A DNA stretch of 64,000 nucleotides from Acidobacteriota bacterium (lineage in GTDB: Bacteria > Acidobacteriota > UBA890 > WLXD01), in contig CBDFKD010000002.1 in NCBI GenBank assembly GCA_965248695.1, forward strand, positions 2,208,001 through 2,272,000, in the 5' to 3' direction. A model generated the notes under the pieces. It saw nothing but the letters and a program-made list of their open reading frames with translations, had not been told where the DNA came from and searched no databases. The position numbers and the translations under genes were made by a program. Positions 1-15,076 of this stretch are shown piece after piece (within the stretch, counting starts at the first letter, position 1; each line of letters starts with the position of its first letter).

Positions 1-421
1 CCGCGATTGCCGCGGGATCGTGAGCGCCGTGCTGTTCGATCAGCTGGCCGGCGACCACGGCTTCCTCGAGACAGGTGGCGCAGGCAGCCGCATGTTGCGA
101 CCGGTAGCAGTCCACCACGCCGGTGTGACCGTAGAGCTCACAGGGGCAATAGCACGCGATCTTCTCGAGCACTTCCGGGTGGTCGCGGGCAACGCGGTAG
201 GCGATCAGGATACGCTGCAGGTAGTCGAGCGGCACGAAGTCCTTTCGCGGTGCCGTTGTTGCGGCCGGCGGAGCGCTGCCGGTCTCGTTGGGCGTGCTTG
301 TCGCTGCCGTGGAACTGCCATCGTCCGCGGCGAGCGTCGAAGAGCTACCGGCGGGTTGACCGCCACACGCCGCCAGGGTGACCACTGCTGCGCCCACGAG
401 CAGAAACTGCGTTGCCCTCAT
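1..421 (-). CDS. CYCxC/PCYCGC-motif lipoprotein (3'-partial, runs off window start)
   Basis: Not in the ORF track; manually translated from ATG at 421: MRATQFLLVGAAVVTLAA|CGG (lipobox) ... EVLEKIACYCPCELYGHTGVVDCYRSQHAAACATCLEE. Confidence 0.8.
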   Translation of the reverse strand, partial: MRATQFLLVGAAVVTLAACGGQPAGSSSTLAADDGSSTAATSTPNETGSAPPAATTAPRKDFVPLDYLQRILIAYRVARDHPEVLEKIACYCPCELYGHTGVVDCYRSQHAAACATCLEEAVVAGQLIEQHGAHDPAAIA

Positions 422-489
422 GACTCCGTCTCCTCGCATCGACTGCGCCGCCCCGCGCGCACCCTTGCTCTGATCTGTTCCTACGCCGC

Positions 490-1596
490 TCAACGCCGCG
501 GCTGCACCTGCGGTTCGTCCACCTCTCCGCTAGCTTCCCACAACGCGAGGATGCCCCCAAAGCGCGAATCGACGATCTCGATATTAGCGGTCTTGCGTAG
601 GTTGCGGACGTACTCGTCCATCCGCTCCTGTGACTTGTCCGACGTCAGTCGCTGCCGAATTCCCTCGCGCACATCGCCGAGCTCCGCGATGCTCTCTTCG
701 CTACGCTCGACTACTTTGACGATCGAATAGCCGAAGGTCGTCTCTACCGGATCCGAAAACGACCCCACGGGCATCGCCGGAACGGCCACTGCCAGGCCCT
801 CGGTCAGATCACTGACGGCGATGAAGCTGCCGGTATCCGCTACGTGCTGACCGTTGACGTACTTGTCGCCCACAGCACTGGCGTTTTCGCCGGCCCGCAA
901 CTCGGCCGCGGCGGCGAACGCCTGGTCGCGCAGCGACGCCGGCTCCCCGATGAACACCACCTGTTCGAGCCGTACCTGCTCGGGGGCAGTGAACTCGTCG
1001 TTGTTGTCGCTGTAGAAAGCGTTGATCTCGGTTTCCGAGACGAAGATCTGACGCTGTACCTCGTCGAAGGCCAGGCGCTGCTGGCGTAAGTTGTCGCGTA
1101 ACTGCTCGCGCAACTCGTCCATGGTGAGTCCCATCTGCGCCAACGCCTCGTCGAGCTGCGCCTGCGTCGTAAAACCGTTCGTGTCGCGCAGATTCTGGAT
1201 CTGACGATCCACCATGTTGGCGTCGATCGTGATGCCGACCAGATCGGCACGCTGCAGCATCATCTTTTGATCGACCATCCCGGCCAGCAGCTGCGTGGTC
1301 AGGAAGGGCAGCTGGGCGTCGAGCTCCTCCGCCGGGAACTGTTGCTGTAGAAGCGTGATGCGGTCTTCCAGGACCGTACGTAGGTCGGTCAACAGAATCG
1401 GGTCGCCGTTGACCTTGACGAGCACCATGTTGATGACGTTTTCCGGGACGCGCGGCGTACTCGCCGCCATCGGCGGCATCTCCGGTGCTGCTGCTTCCTG
1501 GGCGCTGGCCGCGAACGGCGTCAGAACGCCGATGGTACCGACCCACAAAGCGCCGAGCGCGGCGATCCGACGGGTCATACCCAGTTTGACGTTCAT
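490..1596 (-). CDS. SurA/PrsA-like peptidyl-prolyl isomerase chaperone
   Basis: Signal peptide, SurA N-terminal motif (VLVKVNGDPILLTDL), rotamase-like tail (SDPVETTFGYSIVKV); downstream of mfd. Confidence 0.85.
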   Translation of the reverse strand: MNVKLGMTRRIAALGALWVGTIGVLTPFAASAQEAAAPEMPPMAASTPRVPENVINMVLVKVNGDPILLTDLRTVLEDRITLLQQQFPAEELDAQLPFLTTQLLAGMVDQKMMLQRADLVGITIDANMVDRQIQNLRDTNGFTTQAQLDEALAQMGLTMDELREQLRDNLRQQRLAFDEVQRQIFVSETEINAFYSDNNDEFTAPEQVRLEQVVFIGEPASLRDQAFAAAAELRAGENASAVGDKYVNGQHVADTGSFIAVSDLTEGLAVAVPAMPVGSFSDPVETTFGYSIVKVVERSEESIAELGDVREGIRQRLTSDKSQERMDEYVRNLRKTANIEIVDSRFGGILALWEASGEVDEPQVQPRR

Positions 1597-1822
1597 CTCT
1601 GCTCGACGGTTGTTGGCGGAGCGCTTGTGGGCGGCCCGGTCTCCCCGACCCCGTATGGTGCCGTGGATATGAGAAGGCCGGGAGCGTCTACGGTACGGGG
1701 AAAACGGCGGTCAACACCGTCGATCAGCCTACCACGGAGGGGCCGCGCCCTTCATCCGAAAATCGGCTCCGGGCGCTGCTATGAGTCCGACGTAGAGACT
1801 CCGGCGAGATCGGTACGGAGGC

Positions 1823-4800
1823 TCAGCGGAGCGCATCGAGAACCTCGCGCACCGCGGCCATGAGCCCTGCGGGACTCTGCGACCCGGTAGTCACCACCAG
1901 CCCGTCCGGTGGCGACAGCGCCCAGCTCGGCTCGGATTCCACTTTGGCGATCAGCCGATCCATGGCAATCGGCGCGTCGTCGGATAGTCGGAGCCGCACT
2001 CCGGCCCCCTGGCGCTCGACGGAGCGTACGCCCATCGCCTCGGCCCCCAGTCGTAACGACGCGTAGGAGAACAGCTGCTCGACTTCGGTCGGCACCGCGC
2101 CGTAGCGGTCGCGCAGCTCGGCCTGCAGCTGTTCCAGCTTGTCCTCGGTGCGAGCCGAGGCCAGTCGTTTGCTGACCATCAAGCGCTGCAGCGGGTCCTC
2201 GACGTAGCCGATCGGTATCTGCATATCGATGCCCAGAGTCAGCTGGGCGCGATGTTCCGGCGCCGTTGGCTCCCCCTTGAGCTCGTGTACGGCCTCCTCG
2301 AGCATGCGCGCGTACAGCTCGAAGCCCACCGCCGCGATGTGGCCGTGCTGGCGCTCCCCTAGAAGCGCGCCGGCGCCGCGAATCTCGAGGTCCATGGCCG
2401 CTAGTCGAAAGCCGGATCCGAGCTCGGAGAACTCCTGGATGGCCCGCAGCCGCTTCTTCGCCACCGGCGTCAACGTGTCGACCGGCGGCACCACCAGATA
2501 GGCGTACGCCCGGCGCGTCGATCGGCCTACACGGCCGCGCAGCTGGTACAGCTGCGCCAGGCCGAAGGCGTCGGCGCGATTGATGATGATGGTATTGGCC
2601 ATCGGGATATCGAGACCGTTCTCGATGATCGCCGTGGTGACCAGAACATCGGCCCGCCCCTCGACGAAATCGAGCATCACGCGCTCGAGCTCAGCCTTGG
2701 GTAGCTGACCGTGCGCCACACGGAACTCGGCCTCGGGCACGAACTCCCGAAGCGCCGCGGCGACGCGATAGATCGATTCGACGCGATTGTGCACGAAGAA
2801 CACCTGGCCGCCACGCGACAGTTCCTCGTGGAGCGCGTCGGTGATGATCTCACGGTCGTAGGGGACGATATGCGTGGCGATGGCGTATCGATCCTTCGGC
2901 GGGGTCTCGATGACACTCAGATCGCGTACCCCGAGTAGTGACATCTGCAGGGTGCGAGGAATCGGCGTGGCGGTCATCGCCAGAACGTCAACGCTCCGCT
3001 TGAGCCGCTTGAGCCGCTCCTTCTGCGTCACGCCGAAGCGTTGTTCCTCATCGACCACCAGCAGGCCGAGAACCTTGAATTCGACGTCCTTGCCGAGGAG
3101 CCGGTGGGTCCCCACCGCTATGTCGACGGTGCCGTCCCGGATGGCATTCACGGTGGTGCGGATCTGCGCCGTGGTACGGAACCTCGACAGCATACCGACC
3201 TGCACCGGGAACGCAGCGAAACGAGCCTGGAGGGTACGCCAATGCTGGTACGCCAGGACCGTTGTCGGCGCCAGCACGGCCACCTGCTTGCCTTCCATGA
3301 CGGCCTTGAAAGCGGCCCGCATGGCCACCTCGGTCTTGCCATAGCCGACATCGCCACACAGCAGCCGATCCATGACGATGTTCGACTCCATGTCGCCTTT
3401 GACCTCTTGGATAGCGGTCAGCTGGTCGCCGGTCTCGTCATATTCGAAGCTGTCCTCGAGCTCACGCTGCCATGCCGTGTCCGACCCGAAGGTGTACCCG
3501 ACGGCGGCTTTGCGCGCGGCATAGAGCTCGAGGAGCTCACTCGCCATCTCGCGTAGCGACTCCCGCACGCGGCCCTTTACGTTGCTCCAGCTGGTGCCGC
3601 CCAACTTGTCGATCTTCGGCCGGACCTCATCTCCGGCCTGGTACTTCTGCACCAGATAGAGCTGTTCCAGCGGCAGGTACAAACGATCGCCTTTGCGATA
3701 CTCGATCTCCATGAACTCCGATGTGGAGCCGCCGACCGGGAGCTGCCGAACACCGACGAAGCGACCGATTCCGTGCTCCTCATGGATGACGAAATCGTCC
3801 GGATGCAGGTCGCGGAAATCGCCCCGGAATGCGTCGCCACGAAACCGACGGGTGCGCCCTGGAGGCCGACCACGACCGAAAACCTCGGCATCGGTGCCTA
3901 CCCAGAAGCCGAGGTCCGGCAGTCGGAACCCGACAGACAGCTCGGCGCAGCCGACCTGGCATGTCCCCGGCTTCAGGGCTGCAGCGTCGGCGGTGTCGAC
4001 AGCGTCTTCCAGCTGCAGCGTCACCGGCACTCCGTAGCCCTCGAGAATCTCCGCCAGGCGTTCGGCCTTGCCGGGCTTCGACAACACGAACGCCACCCGT
4101 TCGCCCGCGTCGAGCTCGAGCTTCAGCCCGTGGGCGAGCTCTGCCAGGCGGCCACGAAAGCTGGCAACACTCTGCGCTGTCAGGATCACCTGTTCGCCAA
4201 CCCCCGAAGCAAGCTCGGTGATCTGTATGCGCATGGCACCGGACTGCCGTCGCAACGCGCGGCGCAGGGCGTGCACCAACTCGTCGGGTACGGCTGCGTC
4301 CTGGCCAGCGGCGAGCGCCTGGTGGTAGTGCTCGTCGAGGTAGTCGTGCCAGCGCTCGGCGTTGCGATCGACGACCTCGGGCTCGATCTCCACCCAGGCT
4401 GGCTCCGGCAGATAGTCCACCAGCGCCGCATCGAGCGCAGCGCGGTCGAGCGTCGCCTCGGCCGGATCATCGGCCGCCCGTGACGACGCCGGCGGCAACT
4501 CGAGACCGTCGATCGATCGCATCGAGCGCTGGTCGCGTGGGTTGAACTCACGGATCGACTCGACCTCGTCGCCGAAGAAGTCGAGACGAACCGGATGCTC
4601 GCGCGTAGGTGGAAACACATCGACGATCCCGCCACGAACGGCAAACTCGCCGAGGGACTCCACCAGCGACACGCGACGATACCCGCAGTCGATCAGATGG
4701 CGCGTCAGCCGTATGGGCTCGATCTCGGTGCCGACGTCCAAGCGCAACGATCGCTCGCGGAAGCTCTCAGGCGCCTGGATGCGCTCCATCCAGCAGCGCA

Positions 4801-5170
4801 CCGGCGCCAGTAGGATATCCACCCGCCCGCGGCTGCACCGATCGAGAGTCTGCAGTCGTTCGCGAACAATGTCGTCGTGCGGTGGCACCGCACCGTACGG
4901 GTTGACTTCGAGCGGCGGGAACGCCACCACGGTACCGGCGCGCCGCTCGTGAAAGGACCGCAGATCGAGCAGCAACAGCTCGAGGTCGAGGTCGGCGGGA
5001 ACGGCGACTGCCAGCGGGCGCGCAGCGGCAATCTGCGCCTCGCTCAGGACCGCCGCGAGGTGGCTACCGCTCAACCCCTCCAGGCGCACTTCCCCCCCGG
5101 CGCGCACCGCCGCCAGGGTGGCACCGATCGCGGGACGCTCCCGCAGGGTCGCGAGAATGGCGTCGAGCAT
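1823..5170 (-). CDS. mfd: Transcription-repair coupling factor
   Basis: UvrB-homology region, CarD/RID (HEEHGIGRF), DRLLCGDVGYGKTEVA, DEEQRFG, TATPIPRTL, QLRGRVGR. Confidence 0.98.
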   Translation of the reverse strand: MLDAILATLRERPAIGATLAAVRAGGEVRLEGLSGSHLAAVLSEAQIAAARPLAVAVPADLDLELLLLDLRSFHERRAGTVVAFPPLEVNPYGAVPPHDDIVRERLQTLDRCSRGRVDILLAPVRCWMERIQAPESFRERSLRLDVGTEIEPIRLTRHLIDCGYRRVSLVESLGEFAVRGGIVDVFPPTREHPVRLDFFGDEVESIREFNPRDQRSMRSIDGLELPPASSRAADDPAEATLDRAALDAALVDYLPEPAWVEIEPEVVDRNAERWHDYLDEHYHQALAAGQDAAVPDELVHALRRALRRQSGAMRIQITELASGVGEQVILTAQSVASFRGRLAELAHGLKLELDAGERVAFVLSKPGKAERLAEILEGYGVPVTLQLEDAVDTADAAALKPGTCQVGCAELSVGFRLPDLGFWVGTDAEVFGRGRPPGRTRRFRGDAFRGDFRDLHPDDFVIHEEHGIGRFVGVRQLPVGGSTSEFMEIEYRKGDRLYLPLEQLYLVQKYQAGDEVRPKIDKLGGTSWSNVKGRVRESLREMASELLELYAARKAAVGYTFGSDTAWQRELEDSFEYDETGDQLTAIQEVKGDMESNIVMDRLLCGDVGYGKTEVAMRAAFKAVMEGKQVAVLAPTTVLAYQHWRTLQARFAAFPVQVGMLSRFRTTAQIRTTVNAIRDGTVDIAVGTHRLLGKDVEFKVLGLLVVDEEQRFGVTQKERLKRLKRSVDVLAMTATPIPRTLQMSLLGVRDLSVIETPPKDRYAIATHIVPYDREIITDALHEELSRGGQVFFVHNRVESIYRVAAALREFVPEAEFRVAHGQLPKAELERVMLDFVEGRADVLVTTAIIENGLDIPMANTIIINRADAFGLAQLYQLRGRVGRSTRRAYAYLVVPPVDTLTPVAKKRLRAIQEFSELGSGFRLAAMDLEIRGAGALLGERQHGHIAAVGFELYARMLEEAVHELKGEPTAPEHRAQLTLGIDMQIPIGYVEDPLQRLMVSKRLASARTEDKLEQLQAELRDRYGAVPTEVEQLFSYASLRLGAEAMGVRSVERQGAGVRLRLSDDAPIAMDRLIAKVESEPSWALSPPDGLVVTTGSQSPAGLMAAVREVLDALR

Positions 5171-5245
5171 GTCGTGTCGAACCGTCGAGCGGGTGCTTGT
5201 CGAAGTGGCCGCGCTGCCGTGAATGCCCGCTATCTGGCAGGTGGC

Positions 5246-5737
5246 CTAGTCGGCCGGCGTCAACGGTACAGCACGAATGCGGCTGACGATGTCCGTGGTC
5301 GAATAGCCGGGCACCAGCTCGAGGAAGACAACCTCGCCGCCGAGGGCGCGAAACGCGTCCCATTCCGGCATTGGCCGCTGTCGCCAGTCGGCACCTTTTG
5401 CGTAGACGTCCGGACGCAGGCAGGTGATGAGCTCAACCGGGGTGTCGCCGGCGAACGGCAGCACGTAGTCGACCCAGCGGATGGCTCGGAGAAGCTCCAG
5501 GCGCTCCTCGAGGGGCACGATGGGCCGATCCGGTCCCTTCAGTCGGCACACCGACTCATCGTCGTTGACGCCGACCACGAGGCAGTCGCCAAGCGCCCGC
5601 CCCTGTCGCAACCCGTCGAGATGCCCGGGATGGAGCAGGTCGAAGCAACCGTTCGTGAAGACGATGCGCTCGCCGCGCTCTCGGCGTCCGGCCAGCGCTG
5701 TGCGGACATCCGACCACGCGTCTGCCGACTCAGCCAT
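5246..5737 (-). CDS. RfaE domain II-type heptose-1-phosphate adenylyltransferase (cytidylyltransferase fold)
   Basis: VFTNGCFDLLHPGH, VVGVNDDESV.RLKG, GYSTT; probable start MAESAD at 5737 overlaps the wzt stop. Confidence 0.88.
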   Translation of the reverse strand: MAESADAWSDVRTALAGRRERGERIVFTNGCFDLLHPGHLDGLRQGRALGDCLVVGVNDDESVCRLKGPDRPIVPLEERLELLRAIRWVDYVLPFAGDTPVELITCLRPDVYAKGADWRQRPMPEWDAFRALGGEVVFLELVPGYSTTDIVSRIRAVPLTPAD

Positions 5738-7118
5738 CGTCGTCGCCGGCCATCGCGCTCTGATCAATCCCGCCGCGTACCTTCCAGCGCACGCCCGCGT
5801 CAAATTCCCACTCGTGTGGGACTCGCGCGACCCCGACATCGCCGATGTCGGAGTTCAAGCGAAACGAATAGAGGCCGCGATGGTAGTCGTACGGGTTGCC
5901 GTCGCGTCGGTGCACGGCCACGTCGAGGTAGTAGTTGCCGGCCACCAGGTTGATCGCCGGTATGCGTACCCGAATGGTTCCGTCCCCGCCCAGCCCGGCA
6001 GGCTCGAAGCGCTCGATGTCGGTGTTTGTCCCGTAACAGGAGACACCGTTGGCGTTGAAGAGACCGATCCCGAAAACGAAGTCGCCGACCGTTTCGCTGG
6101 CGCTGTAGTCAATCTCGATCGTCATCGGCTCGCCGGTAGAGAACACGTGCCGGACCGCGTCGGCAGCGTCTAGGAACCGGACCGTTTCGATCCGTACCTC
6201 GCCACTGCCCCACCGGCCGGTCTCGTAGGGCGCATCCACCGATGCATCGGACTGTTCCGGCATGCGGTCGGCGCTCTCGAGCTCCTCACCCGCCGCCGCG
6301 ATACGAAAGCGCTCGGCCCGCGTCATCTCGCTTTCTGCCTGTTCGGCCACCCAGTCGAGGTACTGGTCGACCACCCGCACCGGGTCACCGATGGCGGCAA
6401 CACGCCCGTGGTTGATCCACACGGCGCGATCACAGAGCCGGCGAATCGTCTCCATTCCGTGAGTCACCAGCAGGATCGTCTTGCCACGGCGCTTGAACTC
6501 GCCGATCTTGTCGAGGCACTTGTGTACGAACCCCTCGTCGCCGACCGCCAGCACCTCGTCGATGACGAGAATGTCCGGATCGACATGGATCGCCACGGAA
6601 AAACCGAGCCGCATGTACATCCCCGACGAGTAATTCTTCACCGGTGTGTCGATGAATTCCTCGAGCTCCGCAAAGGCGACGATCTCCTCGAAGCGCTCTG
6701 CGATCTCACGCCGCGACAAACCCAGCATGATGCCGTTGATGTACACGTTCTCGCGGCCGGAAATTTCCGGGTGGAAGCCGGCGCCGAGCTCGATCAAGGC
6801 CGACACCTTGCCGTTCAAGCTGACCTTCCCGTCGGTGGGCTTGGTAGTACCGGCAACGATCTTCATGAGCGTGCTCTTGCCTGCACCGTTGGCACCGATA
6901 ACGCCGAACGTCTCGCCGCGGCCTACCTCGAGGCTAACGTCCTCGAGCGCTGTGAAAACCTCGTCGGGCCGCAAGAGCTTGAAGAGGTTGCCACCCACGA
7001 ACGCGCTCTTGAGGGTGAGAAACCGGTGCGATTGGGCGATGCGCCGATAACGCTTCGTGACTTCGTCGACGCGGATTGCAGGGCCCCGCGGCTGGCTGTC
7101 GGACACGGGTTGCTTCAT
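5730..7118 (-). CDS. wzt: Polysaccharide ABC exporter ATPase with C-terminal Wzt carbohydrate-binding domain
   Basis: GANGAGKSTL, YSSGMYMRLGFS, DEVLAVGD; Wzt_C-like tail. Confidence 0.92.
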   Translation of the reverse strand: MKQPVSDSQPRGPAIRVDEVTKRYRRIAQSHRFLTLKSAFVGGNLFKLLRPDEVFTALEDVSLEVGRGETFGVIGANGAGKSTLMKIVAGTTKPTDGKVSLNGKVSALIELGAGFHPEISGRENVYINGIMLGLSRREIAERFEEIVAFAELEEFIDTPVKNYSSGMYMRLGFSVAIHVDPDILVIDEVLAVGDEGFVHKCLDKIGEFKRRGKTILLVTHGMETIRRLCDRAVWINHGRVAAIGDPVRVVDQYLDWVAEQAESEMTRAERFRIAAAGEELESADRMPEQSDASVDAPYETGRWGSGEVRIETVRFLDAADAVRHVFSTGEPMTIEIDYSASETVGDFVFGIGLFNANGVSCYGTNTDIERFEPAGLGGDGTIRVRIPAINLVAGNYYLDVAVHRRDGNPYDYHRGLYSFRLNSDIGDVGVARVPHEWEFDAGVRWKVRGGIDQSAMAGDDDG

Positions 7119-7119
7119 G

Positions 7120-7986
7120 TCAGACCTCCTCGGCGAAGGAGTCGCGCAGCCGATCGAAGAAGTTGTAGGCGGCGATAAAAAGCACGCCGGAGAGCAGCGC
7201 CGTGATGCCCAACCGCCGCCAGTGAATCAGCTCGCCAGCGAAGATCGCCGCGTGATAGCCCTCGATGATGTGCGTCATAGGGTTCAGCTGCAGTACCAGC
7301 GGCGCCCATCCGCCGGGGTCGTTCTGCTCGGCCAACGACAATGGATAGATAATCGGAGAACCGAAGAACCACAGCGTGAGGATATTGGTCAGCAGATCGC
7401 GCACGTCACGGTAGTGAACAGTCAACGCTGAGAGGAACAGCGCGAACGCGAGTGTGAACAGCATCTGGACCGCGAACACTACGGGCACCCACAAAGCGTG
7501 GACGCTGACGCTCTCCGGTTTGAAGATGAGCCAGAACAGTAGATAGATGGGCAAACCAAGCAAGAAATTGACGGCGTTCGAAAGCACGCTGACCACCGGC
7601 AGCACCTCCGCCGGGAAGATGATCTTCTTGATCAGGCTGCCGCCCATGAGCAGTGAGTTGGTGGCCTCCGCAAGCGCCCCCGAAAACCATGTCCATGGCA
7701 GCAGGCCACAGAACAGGTACAGCGCGTAGGGATCGGTACCCTCGCCGCGCATGGGGGTCAGCACGTACGTAAACACGAAGGTGTACACGCCCAGCAGCAT
7801 GAGCGGGTTGATGAACGACCACAGGAACCCGAGCATCGATCCGCGGTAGCGTGCTTTCAACTCGCGCACGACCAGGGTCTGCACCAGTACCCGGTGCTGC
7901 CACAGACGGCCTAGTGCATGCCACATGGGATGGTGCCCGGTCGGAGCTGATCTGAGCGTCTGCGCAGCGTTCGCTGGAACCGCCAA
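7120..7986 (-). CDS. wzm: Polysaccharide ABC exporter permease
   Basis: RELKARYRGSMLGFLWSFINP, YRDV, LNPM; multiple TM segments; start may be later. Confidence 0.92.
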   Translation of the reverse strand: MAVPANAAQTLRSAPTGHHPMWHALGRLWQHRVLVQTLVVRELKARYRGSMLGFLWSFINPLMLLGVYTFVFTYVLTPMRGEGTDPYALYLFCGLLPWTWFSGALAEATNSLLMGGSLIKKIIFPAEVLPVVSVLSNAVNFLLGLPIYLLFWLIFKPESVSVHALWVPVVFAVQMLFTLAFALFLSALTVHYRDVRDLLTNILTLWFFGSPIIYPLSLAEQNDPGGWAPLVLQLNPMTHIIEGYHAAIFAGELIHWRRLGITALLSGVLFIAAYNFFDRLRDSFAEEV

Positions 7987-8037
7987 AGATCCGTGCGGGG
8001 GCCCTTTTGACGCGGAGACGATTCCCGTGCCGACGAC

Positions 8038-9168
8038 TTACTCGATTGCAACCGCGACGCCGTTGCGCAACTCATACACGCGGTGGAACTTGCGAACGTC
8101 GCCCTTTTCATCGAAATCGGTCGCTCCGGTCACCCCCGGGTATGGGTTCATCCCGTTGAGGTAGAACCGCAGTTCTTGTGGGTCGAGGCCGGCTTCCTGG
8201 ATCGCCAGGGCGAGGATGTTTATGGCATCGTACGCGTGCGCCGCGTAAACATCCGGCTCCAGCCCATACAGTTCATAGAACGCCGCAACGAACCGGCGTA
8301 CGTGCTCGTCCGTGCTCTCCGGGTCCCAGGACGGCAACGGGAACCGGAAACCCTCGAGCCCCGCAAAGTCCTCTGCCTTCAGCTCGGCCGGCAGGAACGC
8401 TCCGGTACCGAACAACGCAGCGTCGCTGCCAGCGTTGCGCAACGCCCTCGCGACGGCGGCCGTATCGACCGTGTACCCAGCGATGTACACTGCCGGTGGG
8501 TTTAGTGCTTCGATCGAGCTGGCAATGCGCGCGTAGTCCTCGGCGCTGGCATCCGCCGGGTAGCTCTCTTGCCCGATCTCGCGACCACCAAGGGTGCGGA
8601 AGCGCTGGATGAACGCCGTTTTCTGCCCGAGGCCGAACTCGCTCTGCTGGGCGACTACCGCGGCTTCGCGCAAGCTGACTTTGTTAAAGATGTGATCGGC
8701 GGTGTTGAGTGCCTCGAGATCGTCGCTCGGTATATTCCGATAGATGAAATCGCCTGCGTCGCTGAGCTTCGGGGCGGTGGAGGACGGTGACATCAGGACG
8801 ACGTTGGCTTCCTGGAACAGCGGTGCGATCGCCAGCGTGACATCGCTGACGTCCGATCCGATCGCCGCATTCAGACCGCTGGCAAGAATCTCGCGGGCGG
8901 CCTGAACCCCGACCTGTCGGTCGCTCTGGACGTCGCGGCTGATCAGAGTAACCGGCTTCTGCCCACTTTCGAACACCTGCATGCCGCCGGCCGCGTTGAT
9001 CTCACCGACCGCAAGATCGATGCCTCGCTGGATCGAGTTGCCGTAAGGCGTACCGGATCCGGTGCGTGATACGAGGACGCCGATCCGTATGTCCGGACTC
9101 TCTTCGGCGCACGCAATGCTACCCGCGGCTAACAACACGATTGACGCAAGGATCGAGAATCGCTTCAT
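8038..9168 (-). CDS. Branched-chain amino acid-type ABC substrate-binding lipoprotein
   Basis: Start MKRFSIL at 9168 with GGAGG RBS; lipobox SIA|C; IRIGVL, AAHAYDA, GVTG..DFDEKGD. Confidence 0.85.
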   Translation of the reverse strand: MKRFSILASIVLLAAGSIACAEESPDIRIGVLVSRTGSGTPYGNSIQRGIDLAVGEINAAGGMQVFESGQKPVTLISRDVQSDRQVGVQAAREILASGLNAAIGSDVSDVTLAIAPLFQEANVVLMSPSSTAPKLSDAGDFIYRNIPSDDLEALNTADHIFNKVSLREAAVVAQQSEFGLGQKTAFIQRFRTLGGREIGQESYPADASAEDYARIASSIEALNPPAVYIAGYTVDTAAVARALRNAGSDAALFGTGAFLPAELKAEDFAGLEGFRFPLPSWDPESTDEHVRRFVAAFYELYGLEPDVYAAHAYDAINILALAIQEAGLDPQELRFYLNGMNPYPGVTGATDFDEKGDVRKFHRVYELRNGVAVAIE

Positions 9169-9184
9169 GACGGACCTCCTCGAG

Positions 9185-9664
9185 TCAGTCTTCGGCCGAC
9201 CGCTCGCCGGGTATCGGCATCTCGGTCGTCTGGATGGCGCTCCGAGTCGGCTTGATACCTCGCGCCTTGGCGACGCGCAACCGGGCAAGGGAACGCTCGA
9301 GGGCGAAACCGGCACGACCGGAATCCGTTTCTTCGTCTGGCGTCGCCAGTCGTGCCTGCGCCCGCTGGACCGCTGCCTCGGCGCGCGCGATATCGATTTT
9401 CTCAGCTTCCTCGGCAGTTTGAGCCAAGACGCTGACCCCGGTCGGGCCGACCTCGGCGAATCCTCCGGCAACCGCAAGCAGGCCATCCTGGCCACTGACG
9501 GTCACGTAATGAAGCTCGCCAGCGCCGAGCGCCGTCATGTACCTGGCATGCCGTGGGAGCACGCCGAACTCTCCGTCGATACCGGGAGCGGTCAGCTCCA
9601 CGACCTCTTCGTCGAGAACGGCGCCCTGCGGCGTCACCACCTCGAGATGAAAGTGTTCAGCCAT
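9185..9664 (-). CDS. atpC: ATP synthase F1 epsilon
   Basis: FHLEVVTP, GEFGVLPRHA, VAGGFAEV. Confidence 0.95.
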   Translation of the reverse strand: MAEHFHLEVVTPQGAVLDEEVVELTAPGIDGEFGVLPRHARYMTALGAGELHYVTVSGQDGLLAVAGGFAEVGPTGVSVLAQTAEEAEKIDIARAEAAVQRAQARLATPDEETDSGRAGFALERSLARLRVAKARGIKPTRSAIQTTEMPIPGERSAED

Positions 9665-9681
9665 CGCTGTTGCCGGCGAGA

Positions 9682-12175
<2,494 letters not shown>

Positions 12176-12182
12176 CGTTCGC

Positions 12183-14301
<2,119 letters not shown>

Positions 14302-14335
14302 TGATCGAGGGTCTTGCAGCCGCGTGGCTGATGGG

Positions 14336-15076
14336 TCAAGAGACCGTTTCTCCCAGGCTGTCGAGGTGCTCACGCACCAACCGTGTCTGGTCGGCGGCGC
14401 TGAAGTTGTCTTGCAGAATTCGTTTGGCGACGGCAACGGCCTGGTCGGCGACGTACGTCTGAAGCGCTCGGCGCGAGCGGGCCACTTGTGCATCGAGGTC
14501 GCGATTAGCGGAATCTCGAATGATCTCGGCATCGACGGCTGCGGCCGCGACGAGACGTTTTTTGTCACGCTGGGCGCCCTTGCGTGCATCGGTAAGCAGC
14601 GCGGCTTCTTCCTGTTCCACCCGCTCCAGTCGCGTCGCTGACTCCGCCAGACGCGACGCTGCGCTCGCCTGCTGTTGTTGCGCCAGATCTCGCGCCTCCA
14701 ACACCTGCTGGCTGCGCGCGCCCAGGATTTCGCGGAGGCCGTTGAATTCGAAATTCTCGCGCACGAACGACGGCGCCACCACCAGAGCCCAGTACAGCAA
14801 CAGGCCCAGGAGAAAGAAGTTGATCCACTTGAATGCGTACTCGCCCCAGGTCGGCCCGCCGTGCTCCTCGGTGGCGTGCTCGTCACCATGCTCCTGAGTG
14901 GCGGCGTGCTCCTGGTCCGATTCAGCAGAACCCTCCGTTGCGGCGTGGCTCTCGCCCGCCTCGGTTCCTGCGTACGGCTCCTGCGATCCCGCCGCAGCCC
15001 CGGCCCCGAAAAGCACCACGACTGCAGCAAGGCCCGCCATGACTAGCCAGCCCGAGGACTTTCTGTAGCTGATCAA
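14336..15076 (-). CDS. atpF: ATP synthase F0 subunit b (His/Glu-rich N-terminal extension)
   Basis: FKWINFFLL TM helix then coiled coil; position upstream of atpH. Confidence 0.85.
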   Translation of the reverse strand: MISYRKSSGWLVMAGLAAVVVLFGAGAAAGSQEPYAGTEAGESHAATEGSAESDQEHAATQEHGDEHATEEHGGPTWGEYAFKWINFFLLGLLLYWALVVAPSFVRENFEFNGLREILGARSQQVLEARDLAQQQQASAASRLAESATRLERVEQEEAALLTDARKGAQRDKKRLVAAAAVDAEIIRDSANRDLDAQVARSRRALQTYVADQAVAVAKRILQDNFSAADQTRLVREHLDSLGETVS

